A DNA stretch of 64,000 nucleotides from Balanoglossus misakiensis (lineage: Eukaryota > Animalia > Hemichordata). The translations under genes were made by a program, and so were the position numbers. Shown one piece after another: positions 40,522-53,460 of this stretch (within the stretch, counting starts at the first letter, position 1; each line of letters begins with the position of its first letter). The notes beneath the pieces are model-generated. The model saw only the letters and a program-made list of their open reading frames with translations, ran no database searches and had not been told where the DNA came from. The DNA lies in contig CM082584.2 in assembly GCA_040954595.2 (NCBI GenBank), positions 9,319,061-9,383,060 of the forward strand, read 5' to 3'.

Positions 40522-40590
40522 TAGTCTCGGTTACCCAGACGCCTTTGCTTCTTCCGCTGCTCTCATAAGGCGTCTGGGTAACCGAGACTA
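40522..40590. mobile_element. 69-bp hairpin MITE with perfect 24-bp TIRs and a 9-bp target-site duplication (AcademH-like non-autonomous element)
   Basis: TIR TAGTCTCGGTTACCCAGACGCCTT and its exact reverse complement; direct repeat GAGCGGCCA at 40513-40521 and 40591-40599. Confidence 0.85.
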
Positions 40591-40936
40591 GAGCGGCCAT
40601 TGATTTGTCATCTATATCAGACTGTCGCACCAAGCAGAAATGGATGTAAACGAAAGGTTGGTTTTTATTTTCGGGACAATGAAATATATCTGAAAGTTTA
40701 ATCGAGATTGTAGAATATCATTATATTTCAGATAATCTGCTTTCGAAAGCGACGGCGCCACTACAGATTAGTTTACCTGATCGTCTCCGCAGGGGCCTTG
40801 TGCAAGTTGTCCAGATCTGTCGAGTTTAGAGCGCCCTCACCATCGACTTCTCATCGGCTTGTGGTTGGCCATGCAGTTTTTTCCTGGCCCAGGATACTGA
40901 CCTAAAGGGTCTGAATCCCGAAATAGCTTCACTGAC

Positions 40937-41062
<126 letters not shown>

Positions 41063-43387
41063 TTGTGTCAATATGTCTGCACGTGTGCGCTCTCATCTTA
41101 GCCAACCCGGAACACCGATGATATATCTCAAGGCCTATATCTCTCTTTCTCCCTCTAGTCAATTTTCGATAGGTTTCCTCGAGATATCGACAGGAGTATG
41201 AGAGCACGTTTTTAACAACAGATACATCCCACGTGTGCTCGGTTAAAACCAGAAGTGGGAACTATATCTGGAAGGATAGAAAAAGAACGGAAAGCATCTT
41301 GGCGATTCAACTGAACTTCCCGTCCCCAATGATGGTAGTGCCGTCCACCCACGTAAAAACGAGTTTACAGGTTTCTCAGATCTGAGCTTCACACCGCGCC
41401 GTCAAAGGTAAGATACTTTGCGGGAACTATCTCCCCTTCCTGTAGTCGCGAAGCCACGAGGAATTCTCCAACCATTAATTTGACCGCAAGAATGCAGAAA
41501 CCGCACACTAAACAGATCAGTTACGATTTCCTCACCCTCCGATGTGCTTACAAGCACAGAGTCGTCGGTAAACAAAGCAACCCTCATACCATTCTTGAAC
41601 CTTTACCAAGAGTAAACACAACTACAATAAACTCTTTTAATATACTTCCAATTTCAAAATGAATCAAATTAGGGTATTTTGTGACCATATTGGAGTCACG
41701 GGATGGGTTGACACAGTATTTGAAGAGGGTTAGCTGACGACGCGTTTTAAAATCAAAATTGTAAAATTCTAGCGTGCGTTACTTCCTTGTAAACATTATT
41801 ACATGAATATCCTGTTTGAAACACTAAATTTTTATGGGATGTGTCCATGCGTCAATTGCAAGTAGGTTACACGTTTACCACAGATATTCTGGTCCTGTTC
41901 TGGTTGTATATGGAGGTTTCATGCATCACATCTTAGTGTTTGCTCGTCGATAAGACAATCGTCTTGAACGTTACAATCGACATGTTCCATCTTCTCATCC
42001 GGAGAAGATTAATTAAAAACGTCTTTTGAGATCTCGCGTGAGACTCTGTTCCAACACGTGATGGCCACAATTATACGCAAGAGCGTTACCAAACACGTTA
42101 TGTCTGTACATTTTTTTTCACATATCAGTAATCGTCATTCACTTCGCCGGAATTCAAATAATCTGCTTACACGTATGACGCAATCACACCGGCCCAATCA
42201 TGGCCAAATTCTCCCCTCCTATACTAGGTTCGCAATTTATATTCATGTGATTGAATTCTTTCAGACTTTACTACTAGTAATGTAATACAAGATGATGCTA
42301 CGTATTGTAATGTGTGGTGTAATGTAAAGAAGTGCAGAGCTGGGTATATTGCCTTAAAAGGGAGATTGTATCACCGATAATATATTTCCGTCGGAGATTC
42401 TGTAAAACCAAATGGAACATTCCTAAAGTTGTTCGTCAAACCATATCCGTCACTTTCTGCCTATAGCCACGTACATATGAATGAACAAACATACTTGAAG
42501 CCATGCACGTACATGTTTAAGTATGCATAGCCTCCGGTCCCGTGCTTTTTTTCCACGGGAAGAGCATTTCACTTGTGGTCCAACTCCCTCCCTCCCAGCG
42601 AGCGGGGGCCGGGATCGCTCGAACGTTAACAGGCTCTCTCCTCTGTCTCAGAGGAATCCTGTGTTTTGTGGGAGACCGCGGGTCCCACCTGCCAAGCCAT
42701 ACAACACACACAGGAAGTCTGCAGTACGAATTTGGCCGTGAAATTGGTCTTGACCTCGGGCCGTGACGTCGTGACGTTTTACATCACGTCTCGACAATCT
42801 GTGATATTCGGTGCTAAACACCGACATATCCCTTCGAGAGAGTATGAGAAAAGTACATAAAGATACGTACAAACTGTCTACCAAATCGTGTAGTATTTAC
42901 ATTAGATGAGAATGAAAGAGATAGTGTGTTAAGCGCATGTTAGTCTAGAATCTATCCCAAATGGCCTACGATTTCTAGATCTGCGGAGCCGATGTGATTT
43001 GGACTTCGGTGGATCCAGACATCGCAAGGAGATCCTGTAGACTAAACATAAATTCATGCGATTGATGTCCAGTAGGTAATATATCCTTGTACGGTGTGAA
43101 CTTGGCAGGATAGACGACGCCCATACACAATGAACAGAAAAGGAGAAGACAGGGCCCTCTATTTCCGACTACACCGCAGGGCGATTCATATATTCGCTGT
43201 GAAAATATTAAAATCGGATCAGAACAACCTCGAAGGGCTGGCGTCACGTGACTACTTTGGGGCGCGTCTCGCACGGGAAGCCGGCGCGGGTTTATAAAGG
43301 AGGCAGCATTCTTCCTCTGATGTCAGAAGACGATTGGACGATAACAGTGTGGCATTTAGGTGTGCATTTTTATTTCTGGCTGAGACG

Positions 43388-46300
43388 ATGATGGTCAACT
43401 CGATTAGCTCCTTGTTCGCGTACGCTGCAGTTCTGCTCCTGGTTTTCCCGGACCAGTCTCTCGGTTTCATGAGAAGTAAGTATAGATACGCGAAATTGTC
43501 ACGGCAGAATGAATACGATCGATGTGCGCGAGCTGTCGTTTGCTCGATTATGGTGGGGGAGAAATCAGACGATTTTCTTTAGGATGTTTTCCATGAAATA
43601 AGTTTTTGTTCCGATACGTACGTTACATACGTTACCACATATAGATAATGGGCTATGAGATCAACGGCTAACTTGTGCTTCTGTTCAATTTCCTTTAAGG
43701 AATCAAATCGGATCCTTGTCGATTCAACCGGTGTTTGAACGGTGGCCGCTGTCATTCCCTTTCCCACGGCTTCTTCTGCAGTTGCCCACAAGGATACATG
43801 GGTAAGTACATATCCAAGACATTAATTATTTTGCCATCGCCTGTATAGGTCACAGTAGCGAATGACGACATACTGAGCTGTTATCCACATCTGTTTTAGC
43901 TCAGCACACCTGTTGATCACTTCATTCGCATATTCCGGAGACAGTGTCTCTTTGTCGGCGCGCAATCGATGCAGGCGATTCCGAAAATCAAGAGATAGGG
44001 ATGTATAACAGGCGTCTTGGGACACCTGTCTCGGGGATTCCTTGTGGTGTTATCAGAACGGTAGATAGACCACGCTTCTGCGTGCTCTGCATACCTGCAG
44101 CGATTGCTATCGCGCAAGACAAACTCGAATTCGTCAAGACAATTGTCATCTGTTCATGGCAGTGAAGGTCGGTAGGTAGAGACCGTAGCATATGGATTAC
44201 CTATACGGCATTCCACAGCAATCACCGACGTTTGTGATAACAAGAGTCGGGTCGCCGATGGGCTTATGTATGATTGGTAGGAACAATTGATTATAGGATG
44301 AAAATATAAGAGGTACTTGTCAATATAAATGACATTAAATCGCGGAAGGTCGGAAGATGATTCAGTTATATCTGGCGACAATACCCAACTGACATCGTAT
44401 CACGTGAATGAACCACGTAATACATACGTTGTTCGGGGATTTAACAAATTTAATCTCGCGTACATATACCTGCAAAATGTGAGGCGTACGGCGTAAGAAC
44501 GTTTTTCGAGAAATCAAGAATGTTGATAATTATTAGATTTTCCTTGACCTCCTCTTTCACCGATTAGGCTAAGCCTTGACAATGCAGCAATCAATTTTGT
44601 TCCCCTACAATTAAAGTTGACTCTCAGGAAACACTTAACCACATACGACTGTGCTGTCAACAATAACTGGCGAAAAGCCTACGCACAAAAGCTCCAAAAC
44701 ACGGGAAAAGCGAAAGCATGTTTATCCCGTTTTCGCAGTGTGACAGGTGCAGAGGGTCGTTTGTCACTTATAATCTTGATTGTTTGTTGTCGGTGAAACC
44801 ATAGACAGTAGAGTGAAATCTGTCTTTGACAAAAATACGGAGACAAATGACGTCATCTCGTGCGTCATTTATCAGCTTCTAGATCTTGCCAGGAAGGTAG
44901 CATTAATGCGGAACTATGAAGCACTCCGGAAAAGTTCAGTCAGATTGAATTTCCATTAAAATTTCAGTGAGAGGATGACGAATGTAAACCATCTTTTTTT
45001 ATTTTACAGGAACTCGGTGTCAGTCAGGGACTGGACCATGCGAATATTACCAGTGTCAGAATGGAGGAACTTGTATGGTAAGTCCTATAGTCTTGCTAAA
45101 TATCCAAAAGTTGGTTGTTCAACACAAAGGGGGATTACATATTCAGACAGTTGACCTTATCCTCACTGTATACACCAGGCCGCCGACGTGAATGTATAGT
45201 TCCTTTATAATTCATAGACGCCGTGTGTAAGAATTACTGACCATGAATTCGGGCGTCTTGCCATAATGCCATTATGGAAATCTTGGATCAAACACAATAC
45301 ATCTTACTAGTAGCTTGTAGCAAATTTATTCAATCCGGTTTTATGTGTAGTCACCGTGACAATGTGATGAGCCTACCTACATGTACATCCACACCGATAT
45401 AGTCAATAAGCACGGGAATAAATTGGTTGCATGTATACGATTTCTAGTATCAAAGTGGCCACCTTTATATCCACGAAGAAGCCATCGCTTATTGGTTGAT
45501 GAATTCTGCTTTAAATGCTGTCGCTTTACTTCAAAAACCCCGTTTACGTCACGTATCGTGAGTTCCGACGGCCCGGAAGAATTACGGTTATCCTGGCATA
45601 ATGATTTATTGATGTCATATTTATTTCATGTCCCGTAACAGACTATCAAATATTTATTACTCGACGCGAAGCGACATTACCGGCGTGTTTTTGTATGGAA
45701 GCCCCCAAAAACATTTCAGCGCGTTTTCACAGGTGTCAAAATTTATTGCACCGTTTGTGTAGTACTACGTCAGCGATAAAATTGTGCATTCTTGCTATTT
45801 TTTTCGCTTGAAAGCAGTTCCTTTATCTAATCGCGTTTTATGGTAATCCCGGTATAAATAATAATGGATACGCAGGGCATTTCGATGGATTTACATACAA
45901 TATGTGGGCGAAAAGTTTGCGTTCACTTGTATTCTCCAAGCACAATGTAACGATGGTTCTCTCTTTGTCGTCTGCTGGGGATAGTGTGAACCCCCGCGGT
46001 TACTACAGCGACAGATCCGACCGGTAATACTTCAATGACATTTTTAGTCCGGTTTAATATGCATATCTCTTGAAGCTAGAATAATAAAAAGGACAGTTGT
46101 TTACTACCAGGAGCACGTAGTCGACTGCATGTAACTGGGTGCACGATTTCATTGCATGTATCAATCACTTTGGCAGTTCAGACATTCTGAGTCGATTTGA
46201 AGGCAATATGTTTTTTTTTCGAAACATTTTGCCACACGTAAACAAACAAAACAAAACAAACAAACAAATGCTGCTGCTTGATCTGTAACAACCTCATTGT

Positions 46301-46506
46301 TTTTGTTTCTTTCAATGCAGGATATAGGAGGATGGCCGATATGCAGCTGTAAGGTCGGCCATTTTAATCGGGATTGCTCCGGCAGCGTCTGCGATGACGT
46401 CACCTGCCAAAATGGCGGCACCTGTGAAGTCGACTTTGATACGCCCAGATGCGTATGCGCGACGGGATATGAAGGTGACCGCTGCGAAACCAACCTCTCT
46501 AAGTGA
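43388..46506 (+). CDS. Small secreted protein with three EGF-like domains, 147 aa, 4 exons
   Basis: Exons 43388-43475 (signal peptide), 43700-43801, 45010-45077, 46321-46506. The product has 18 Cys in three EGF repeats (CLNGGRC, CQNGGTC, CQNGGTC) and no TM segment. TATAAA lies at ~43293. Confidence 0.9.
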
Positions 46507-47444
46507 TCTGCGCTGGAGATTTGGTCCTGGTGGAAGTGTTCCGCTCTTCTGATGAGCCAGAACACGAACCGAGACTGTCGGCACCGCGGAGTCTACATGC
46601 CGGTTTACAAAGTTGCAACTCAAACTCAACCATAGAATAGTTGTAACATTGCTCTAAGTATAAAAGAGGCGAAGAAGCTTACTTTGGATACCACTATTTT
46701 GGTTATTTTCGTATCACCGGTTGGCAACTCATGTTACTTCCACACTGTATATGGACATTGTTACGCAAAGCGTGAATTGTAATATGGATATTTTATGAAC
46801 TATTTATTATGTCGACGGACTCAAATTCTGTCCTTTCTCGGGAACCGAATTTAGTTGGGACCGATATGTCTCTTCGTTCTGTATCATTAACTACCTCATG
46901 CATTGTTTTTTTGGATTTTGGCGAATTTTTTGTTGTTGTTAAATTGTTTTTACATTTCTGTTTTAAGCTATAATTTTGAAAATAATATATTTAACAATAA
47001 CGGATTACTTTCCAGATCACCATCGTTGTTGTTGACGAATTAATTCTCACCCCACACTTTACATGAGATGACATTTTATTCCACCTTGTTACCCGCTTAC
47101 AATAAAAAACGCGTTTAAAATACTCAACAATATGTAAATAGGTCGGAAAACTTGTGCTATGCAGTTTCGGAAGTCAAACCTTCCCGAGTTGTCATGGTGA
47201 AGTAAGTACTGTAAGAAGACAAATATTTCAGAAATAGAAAGCCAATAAACCCAAAAATTTAAACGTATGATTTCTTCGTCTTTCTCATACTTTTTTTCCA
47301 ATAATAACAATAGTCTACGTCTACATGGACGGTTTTGATAGGGCTTAGCGAAGTCGCGCGACCAAATATGTCACTTCACCACAAAACTGAAATAAATGTT
47401 AAATCTGCTGTTATAACTACATTAAAAACTTAACATTGGCAACC

Positions 47445-47475
<31 letters not shown>

Positions 47476-48220
47476 CCATCGACATAGTCGTTGTCAATAA
47501 ATCGATCAATCAATCGATCGATCAATTGATCATCATCATGAGATAATTACCGTAGATACGTCTTGTACCACTGTTTGCTCTCAATATACGAACCCGTTAA
47601 AATATTTTACTGTGTAATTTCTCTCCTTTCTCCGGTATTCTCCGTGTGCCTGTGTAGTTAAAAACCTGTGAATGTGAAGGAATGTCTTGTCGTGCACGTG
47701 CAAATATTTACAGACTTAAAGCTGCCACCAAAGCAATTTCCCGAAAAAGACGGAAACATTCGAGCAAGAAAATTACATTACTTGCTGGTCCTTATGGAAA
47801 ATACTTCAAACCAGAGAAGAAACGAAAATATTCTCACGCTTATATTAAAAATGAAGTAAATATCTACCAAAATATCACGTGACAGTACAAACACCAATGG
47901 AAAGTGCAGATGTCAAAGTTGGACTCTTCTTCGTTTATCGTCTGTTTGCACACGTCATATCAGTTCGTACGAAATCGGAATCTTTCCCTCCATATTTTTA
48001 TCAGAAGTTTATTTTGTCAATCTTTTCCCCTAAATGATTATTTTGACGCACTGTAATACGAAGAATATTACCTAGTGATTTGTAAACATCTCAATAAGCT
48101 TTTTTCTCCCCCAGCAGTATGCTGGTATCGAAAGGACCTAAGTTTTAGCGCACAATGTCACGTGCCTTGTGTAAACTGACCATTACTGAAGGCACCAAAG
48201 CATCTCGTGTGACGTCAACT

Positions 48221-49815
48221 TCAGGACAGAACACACGCTTCCTCCTCCTCGTCCCGGACAACTTTCCCACTTCGCAGAAACAGCGAGGCGTCCTCGTACC
48301 CGGTGCGAAAGCACTCCATTTGCCGGTGCCACGGGTGAGGCACCAGGGCGTCATTGAGCACCATGAAGTTCCAGGCCGTCCAGTCGACCGGGTTGCTCGT
48401 GATGATCGACGAGACGCGAACGGCGCTGCTAATGTTCCTCAACTTCGGACCGATGTCTATCGTGTCGCCGAGGAAAGGCGCTACGGTGATAGTTTTGTTG
48501 AACCCCGGGAACATGACTCCGCTGGGCACGTTGTTGGTGAGGCCGGCATCCATCCAATACTGGAATCGAAATAAACGGGACGCTTAAAGTTAGTTAGACA
48601 TTTCCACTGACGCAATAAATATACGATGAACAAACACGTGCCACTGTCTACCTAGAGTTTTCGATTGAAAGTTTTCGATTGGTACTTACCCATCCACCAT
48701 GTTGTGGTGGCTTGATGCCGCCCCAAATTGGAATATAACAGCTGCCGTTCAAAACCTTGAGTGTAAAAGAAAGAACATGGTCAAGGGTAAAGCAGCTTTT
48801 AATGCGAAAATAAGGGAAGAGAGCAAGTCTGAAAGGTTATCTGTCACAATAACGTAATTGGTGCAAAATGCATTTGCCTGGGAAGTGACGCTGAGTTTCT
48901 CTCTGAATGCTGTTCCTGTTGTACAAGAGATTTTTACAGGTTATATATTGGGGGCGCTCCTTTGGTCGAAGAAAATAATCTTTCAAAGTTCCACTTTTCT
49001 CCCAAGATGCGCTGTAAATAACCTATGTCCCTTCACGCCATGGACAGCATACCTCGATCACGTGATCTCTCGACTCGTAACCACTGGCAACCACACTGTA
49101 ATCCTCCGAGGTCTCCATCAGGTGGTTTCTGAACATGTCGAGGGCAGTGCTGCCGGCGGTTGGACCGAGCCGGACCCACTCGTGGGGGTCCATCCACGGC
49201 GAGGACATGGGTAGGTGGTGGTTGGCGGATTGCTTCTGAAATCGGTGGGACGCTATGAATAGTCTATCGGTCGCCGCGCCGTCGACTGGTGGGCTGTTTT
49301 GCGGAAGAACTTTTTGTAGGATTTGTCGGAATTGGTCGGTGATGGTCGGGTCGCTGTCGGGTTTGATACCGTTGTTCATTCGGATTCTGTCCACCAGTAG
49401 TCTGCATTCTTCCATGTAGTCCTAATGAGAAGTTGTGGAAACGGAGGAGGATGTTAACATTTCGCCCCCATTCCGTTTTTGACTAAAACTGGATTTAAAA
49501 AAAATTCTTGATCATATCGTTTGATTAAAATGCCTGCGCTGGGCCTAGAATAACCTACGCGGCCGTGATGAAGCAAATTGGCCAACAGGGACCGCACCAT
49601 ATGAGTTGAGCACGTACCGGTATACTTTCAGGACACAATGCTAACAAAGCAGCTGCAATAGAACCTGTGGACACACCCCCGTAGAAGTCGACCCTGTCCA
49701 ATATCTCATTGGCATTGTTGTACAGGCAGTGGGCCACGCCCAGCTGGTAGACGCCGAGAAACGTGCTGCCGCCAAAACACAGGTTCAGCCGGTCCCCAGA
49801 CGGCGAATGCATCAT
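48221..49815 (-). CDS. Patatin-like phospholipase (PNPLA2/4-like), paralog A, ~323 aa, 4 coding exons
   Basis: Exons 49618-49815, 49053-49421, 48690-48755, 48221-48559, all phase 0. Motifs: FGGSTFLGVYQLGV glycine-rich loop, GVSTG nucleophile elbow, SCYIPIWGG, WMDAG catalytic Asp, TITVAPF, GYEDASLFL. Confidence 0.93.
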
Positions 49816-50725
49816 TCTTCCTCGGTCAATGTCGTCTGTGTATACGCGAGAAGGTCATTTAAGCCGACGGTGGTGTCTCTCAGAAGTCGCTGCAAACAAA
49901 AACAAAACAACCAAAAGCAGTCAGGCTCTATATCATCTCTGGTCCTGTTTGAAAATCTGCTGCTGTTCTGATTATTGGCTATTTTTGTACTGTCCGTTCC
50001 AAATATCTTTCTCGTAGAACTTCACACTGACAGATTTTTGTCTGATATACATGTATTGGAATGGCCATGTTAAAGGTCTGGTCTCTCCCCCCCCCCCCCT
50101 CTCTCTCTATGCCTTCGTATAGACACTGAGCGGGAGGCTTCTCATAACAGGTCCACGTTTCAAATCGTGACCGCCTCTTCAGTTGACCTTCAACACCCGA
50201 GTGCAAATATCCGTGAAACTCCTTCAACCTATTCACCAATCGTGTACAACTTAGAAATACAGACGATAGACTATTAAATTGTTTTCAAGTGGTAAGCTTA
50301 GAAATCGTGTATGTCTGTCACGTACAGCCTGTAACTCTTCAGTTCTGCAGTTGTACGAACATGTTTCGTAACCAACGCAAAACTATTGACGAGAACCCGA
50401 CCGTTTCTGACGTATTGTGTCTACAGACGATTTCAACAAACCCAACTCTTATTTAATGCTCAGCTTTGAGTCAGAACCACTCTCATTTTTCCGATATTAT
50501 CAGATATAGCCCAAGGGACGTGTTGCCGCCGATCAACCCATATTTTTAATTTTCTATATGGGGTCAAAAAATCATATTCCACTGATTCTGCATAAAAAGC
50601 TGAATAATGTTACAAATATTGCCTTAATTTAAATGTTTGGGTGACGTTGTTATTTATCTTCTTTATTCAGCGAAACTTTGGTTCGTAAGTTGTCAGGTTT
50701 CAAGAATCTGACTATCATAACAACG

Positions 50726-53460
50726 CTACTTGACTTGCAAACGCTGGGCCTGTTGGCCTCTGACTCCACCCGGGTATTGGCAACACCAATGCCTGTGTGC
50801 ACACAATAAGGGGTCGTATAATGAACTGGAGAATGGGGGAGTGACGTTAAAACTGTTTGGAGTCGATAATTCAATCAGACAGCGCGAGACGTAAAAAAAG
50901 TTAACGTTATTGTCCGCGCAACAATGCATAAAGGACTGCAACTTTTCATGTGTGTTTGGACGCATCCAACGACAACGCAACAATAATGGCGGTATTGTAC
51001 GGGTTGCGGAGGCGATATTTACCGGCGATGGGCCTACTGCCGGGGCAAAGGCCGGCCTGGCCGAACAAGTATGCACGACCAGGGAGACGTCGGTGAAGTG
51101 TGAACCAATAATCAAGCTCCGCTGGTTAAAAACGATACTTTTATAGAATTTGCCTTTGTCAAGGTCGGCTAGGCCAATTAAAGATGGGGTATTTGCTGGG
51201 AAGTGTCGTACCGCGGAGTCCGCAATGGTGATTTTAGACAGTCTGGCTGAATTGGATGCATATGTGTGTTTGTGTGTATGTGTAGAGGGAACTCGAGGTG
51301 AGAGGGTTAGGGGCAAACAGATTGAGACAGGATCAGACACGTGCATGCCACAGACAGACAGAACAAAAACTGCGACAGACACAAACAAACAGCCAGACAG
51401 ACCGTTAGACATAGAACTAAGCACACATACACAGTCAAACCACTGCAGACACTAAACAGTTGGCATAGGTTAAATTGGAGTTAGGGTTAAATATGAGTAC
51501 AACTTTTGGCACCGTGACTGTACATTAGAAGATTGGGGACTCTTGTTGCAAGTCGAGCATTTGTTGTATTTTATGTCGATTGTAATAAATTTCACCACGC
51601 TTTCGTTATATCGTACATGACAGCGATTACCTCCATTAATGCTTGTTACAATTGATGTCTGGTCGTAATATTACTCAGACAGCTCTGGCGATATTAGCTT
51701 CATGAGCTTAGGCTACTCAAATAATTTGACAAGCGTCAGTTTACCTTCAATTTTGTTCCCACAAGCTTTGGTGACAACGTTTACTGTGTTTGAAACTTGT
51801 CTAGAATATTGTACTACAGACTGGGTCATTGTCTACTTTAAACACTCACATACCCTTGCGTAAAATCTCCGCAATATGGCGATGTTCTACCAGTCCGCTT
51901 TCGTTGTTAGCTGAAACAAAAATGGCGGTCAAAACTTGCTGCGATTTCAGAAGGATTCTGGAAGGGAGGTGTTCTATCGGAACGCGGCGGAGCCGACAAA
52001 CGTTCCACCGTGCACATTGTCAACGCGTTCGCGTTCCTTGATGTCAATTGGGCAAAAGAAGTGCGTGTACCGTGCGTATCGCTGTTTTTCCAACCTACAT
52101 CTACTTATTGTCGGAGGATGACATCTGATCATCTGCTTCCGTGCCGCTTTTGTCGCGGAAAACGCGAGCTTGCCGCATCGTATGTGTCGGTTGCGGTATC
52201 GATGACTAAAAGTATATATGTACGTGGCCACAATCTGCGCTTCAGGTCATGTTGGCTAGTATGGAATAGGCTTCATGTTGGCCAATATTTTGAATGTCGG
52301 TAATAAATGACGACATGATGAAATATAGATATATTAGCGTTGAACACCTAAACTGAAACTTAACGAGTTGTGAGGATGATATTTGAGATTCATTGCAACG
52401 GTTCTGAGCTCGCAGAAAAGTCTGTGAAACCTGTATCTGATATTGTTAACTCTGTACGACATGCCACTTGTTTGATTTTGGAATCAGCATCACGTGCATG
52501 CAAAGCTTCGACATACTTGGATAAATGGTGTAATAGGAAGTTTTTTCCTTACCTGCTGCGTACACCATCAGACACAAACTCGTGGGGTTCGGCGCCCGGG
52601 GGAAAACTCCAACCGTCCCGGGCCAGCCGCGCGCGCGAGGCACTGCCCGCACTCTTTGACTTTTCAATCAACTATCCCGAGCCCAGCGGTTTCCATGGTG
52701 TAGTGTGACCAGGCGCTTCGGTCACACTTTTCGCCGTTCAATTGACCTTCGCCTGGCGTACTCGAAATCGCAAACCTTCACTGCCGCCGAAGCATGCAAG
52801 AATAACACTTTCCGCGGTGTGCGTTTCCAGAACCCAACACGGCACCGGAGTCATACGAGTAATGTTATTTATCTCTGATCCGACGTTTAAACTTTTACTG
52901 CGATACCGGTGCAGTTATTGGATCCTTGTTAAATTGATGTAGACCTACGCGTACATGCGGGCAAGCATGCAAGGGGGCAATTTGTATACGTAACCGCGGC
53001 GGAGTTAAATATCCACGGATAAAAGCCGACACAATAAACGAAGAATGCCCAGGTTCTCGTAAAATTTACTTTCTCGTGGTTGCTTGGCCGAAAGGAAAAT
53101 AATACCACTGTACAGTAACCAATGCAAACATAATTGAGTGCATGTTGGTTATCATCAAAAAGAGATATTTTGTCACCAAAACTTAGTGTATTTTGAAAAG
53201 TTGCCACATTTTCCGAATACCTGATAATTTCATCGTCAATATTTGATTTCTTCACATAGATCTTGATATTTGTTAATTATATCACCCAACCTTAGCCCAA
53301 CATTTGGGAAGTATTTGTAATTTTGCCAAATGCGCAAAATTCTTACTTACAGGTCCGGAGAACAGACTACCTCTTCCTTAACTTTAACGAGTCGCGTCTG
53401 TGAGCAGTCGTTCTTCGTGTTCGCTCAACTTCAGACCACTTCAACAAGAAATAATGACTT
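50726..53460 (-). other. Candidate spliced orphan gene or lncRNA (alternatively 5' UTR exons of PNPLA paralog A)
   Basis: Donors after 53351 (GTAAGT), 52553 (GTAAGG) and 51854 (GTATGT); acceptors before 51910 and 51246. The ATG at 52568 splices in frame (phase 1, 1) into a frame open to 50726. AATAAA at 50662-50667. The 5' boundary is approximate. Confidence 0.4.

Noticed and set aside
42318-42340. TGTAATGTAAAGAAGT resembling miR-1
   Set aside because: There is a mismatch within the seed and no precursor hairpin.
43782-45030. Apparent 20-nt micro-exon and an unpaired Cys in the EGF protein
   Set aside because: The exon actually starts at 43700 and encodes most of an EGF domain, so all 18 Cys are accounted for.
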